DNA of 64,000 nucleotides, taken from Sphaerodactylus townsendi. Lineage: Eukaryota. This document shows, piece after piece, positions 62,651-64,000 of this stretch. Both the position numbers and the translations under genes were made by a program. Under the pieces are notes generated by a model. It was not told where the DNA came from. It searched no databases and worked only from the letters and a program-made list of their open reading frames with translations. Location of the stretch: assembly GCF_021028975.2 (NCBI RefSeq), contig NC_059428.1, positions 91,264,001 through 91,328,000 on the forward strand, read 5' to 3'. Numbering within the stretch: the first letter of the stretch is position 1; each line of letters starts with the position of its first letter.

Positions 62651-63580
62651 CACTTTTCAAGACAATTTATTTGAATGACTCAATAACTTCCATACAGATT
62701 TTAACACACCTTTTCAAGAGCAGAAACAGCTTCCTGAGGTGTTGACAGGGAAACTCATGGCAAAACATGTGTGTGTGTTCGTGTGTGTTTTTCTGGACAG
62801 TGCCCTACCAGTCTACCACATCTATTGTTGCCATAGACAGTTCAGATTAAGAAGGATGCAAAATCTTAATTCTGGATTTTGATACTAAAATAGGGGCTTC
62901 ACCTAAACATGTCTCCCATTCCCAATCAATATGTATAGCAGTTAGCAACACCTTTCCTGTAGCTTCAACCATTGCCATCTATGTAACTATAGTCCAGCCA
63001 TGGAGGGGGGCACCTGTTGTCCAGCCACAAAGGATATACAAATGCTAGCCAGCCTTAATCAGCTTTCCTTTCTTCCCTAGCTGATCTTATCACATCCTTC
63101 CTACTCAACTATCTTACCATCAAACCTTCCCTGAATGGGAATACCCAGAATTGTGTTAATCAACTCTACCTAAAATCTAATTAAAAAACTGGATGCTCCT
63201 CAGCTCTGACTCATCAGAATCATTCTCCACTGTATTATTCTCTCCTGAGAATAGCAACTCAGCTTTGTCCTGGAAGATTGTCTCTCTTAGTGTTGCCAGA
63301 GTCAGTTTTTCCTGTATCTAGCCTGCCCAAACAAAGGTCCTTGATCCAGTGTTTTCTGAATTGCCTTTGATTTGGTTACACTGTACTCCAGTGTTCTTGG
63401 GACTACCTTTGGTTCAGTTATGCTGTGTGCCCAATGTTGCCCCACCTTGTCTGCATCCAACATGGGCATTGGATTCTGCCTCCTTGAATCCTCCTCTTCT
63501 ATATTAGGTAATTATCACCCCTCCTGCTATGGTCTCTGGTATTCCAATCTTATCTTTAACCTCTATCTAAATCCTAGGCT

Positions 63581-63605
63581 TCTCTCTGTCTCTCTCTGTC
63601 TCTCT

Positions 63606-63658
<53 letters not shown>
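63581..63658. repeat. Compound (CT/CTGT)n(TG)n microsatellite
   Basis: Directly visible; ~25 TG units. Confidence 0.98.
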
Positions 63659-63659
<1 letters not shown>

Positions 63660-64000
63660 ATATATCTTTGCCAGATTGAGTCTGTAACATTTATTATTTT
63701 GTTCTACAATAAAATGGTTAAAACTCCTCCTAATTCTGGTTTCCTGTGGATTTCTAAAGATAAAAACCCTGGTATAAATAGTTAGAGATCCCATAGCCTG
63801 TCCTCTCACATTGCAAAGTCTGCCCTTGCTAATTCCCCAACAGGACAGACCCCTCTTTAATTTTGATAATGGGAGGGTATGTTTCACCACTTGATAAGGT
63901 GTAGGGAGAACAAGAACACTCTACCTTGAAGCTCTGTGCCCTTGAAGCATTTTTTAAATAACAACAAAATGGAGGCAGTGTCCTCATAGTAGGTACCAGG

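Noticed and set aside
63372-63890. ORFs with CV/HT dipeptide repeats
   Set aside because: Translation of the TG microsatellite.

Overview
This is eukaryotic, vertebrate-type genomic DNA. It is most likely a squamate reptile, probably a gecko, as inferred from the repeat repertoire: Squam3-like tRNA SINEs, SPIN-type hAT MITEs, Penelope elements, and CR1, L2 and BovB LINEs. The window looks intronic or intergenic. It contains no intact protein-coding gene. Two weak candidate + strand exons (1416-1480 and 47600-47785) could not be assigned to a gene. Most structure is transposable elements, many with TIRs and target-site duplications (TSDs) readable directly: at least 8 PIF/Harbinger-type MITEs, several hAT MITEs, a Tc2-like element, two solo LTRs, DIRS/Ngaro-like remnants, L2/CR1/RTE LINEs, and a Penelope element plus pLTR fragments carrying minimal hammerhead-ribozyme cores. 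There are several multi-layer nested insertions and a 267-nt assembly gap. I did not find a convincing previously undescribed biological system. The best leads are fold-back Penelope/hammerhead mini-insertions, a young CpG-rich solo LTR with a 6-bp TSD, a DIRS gag-like segment flanked by 52-bp direct repeats, and a duplicated ~107-bp AP-1/CCAAT module. Family names come from recognition by eye, not database searches, and boundaries without a TSD are approximate.
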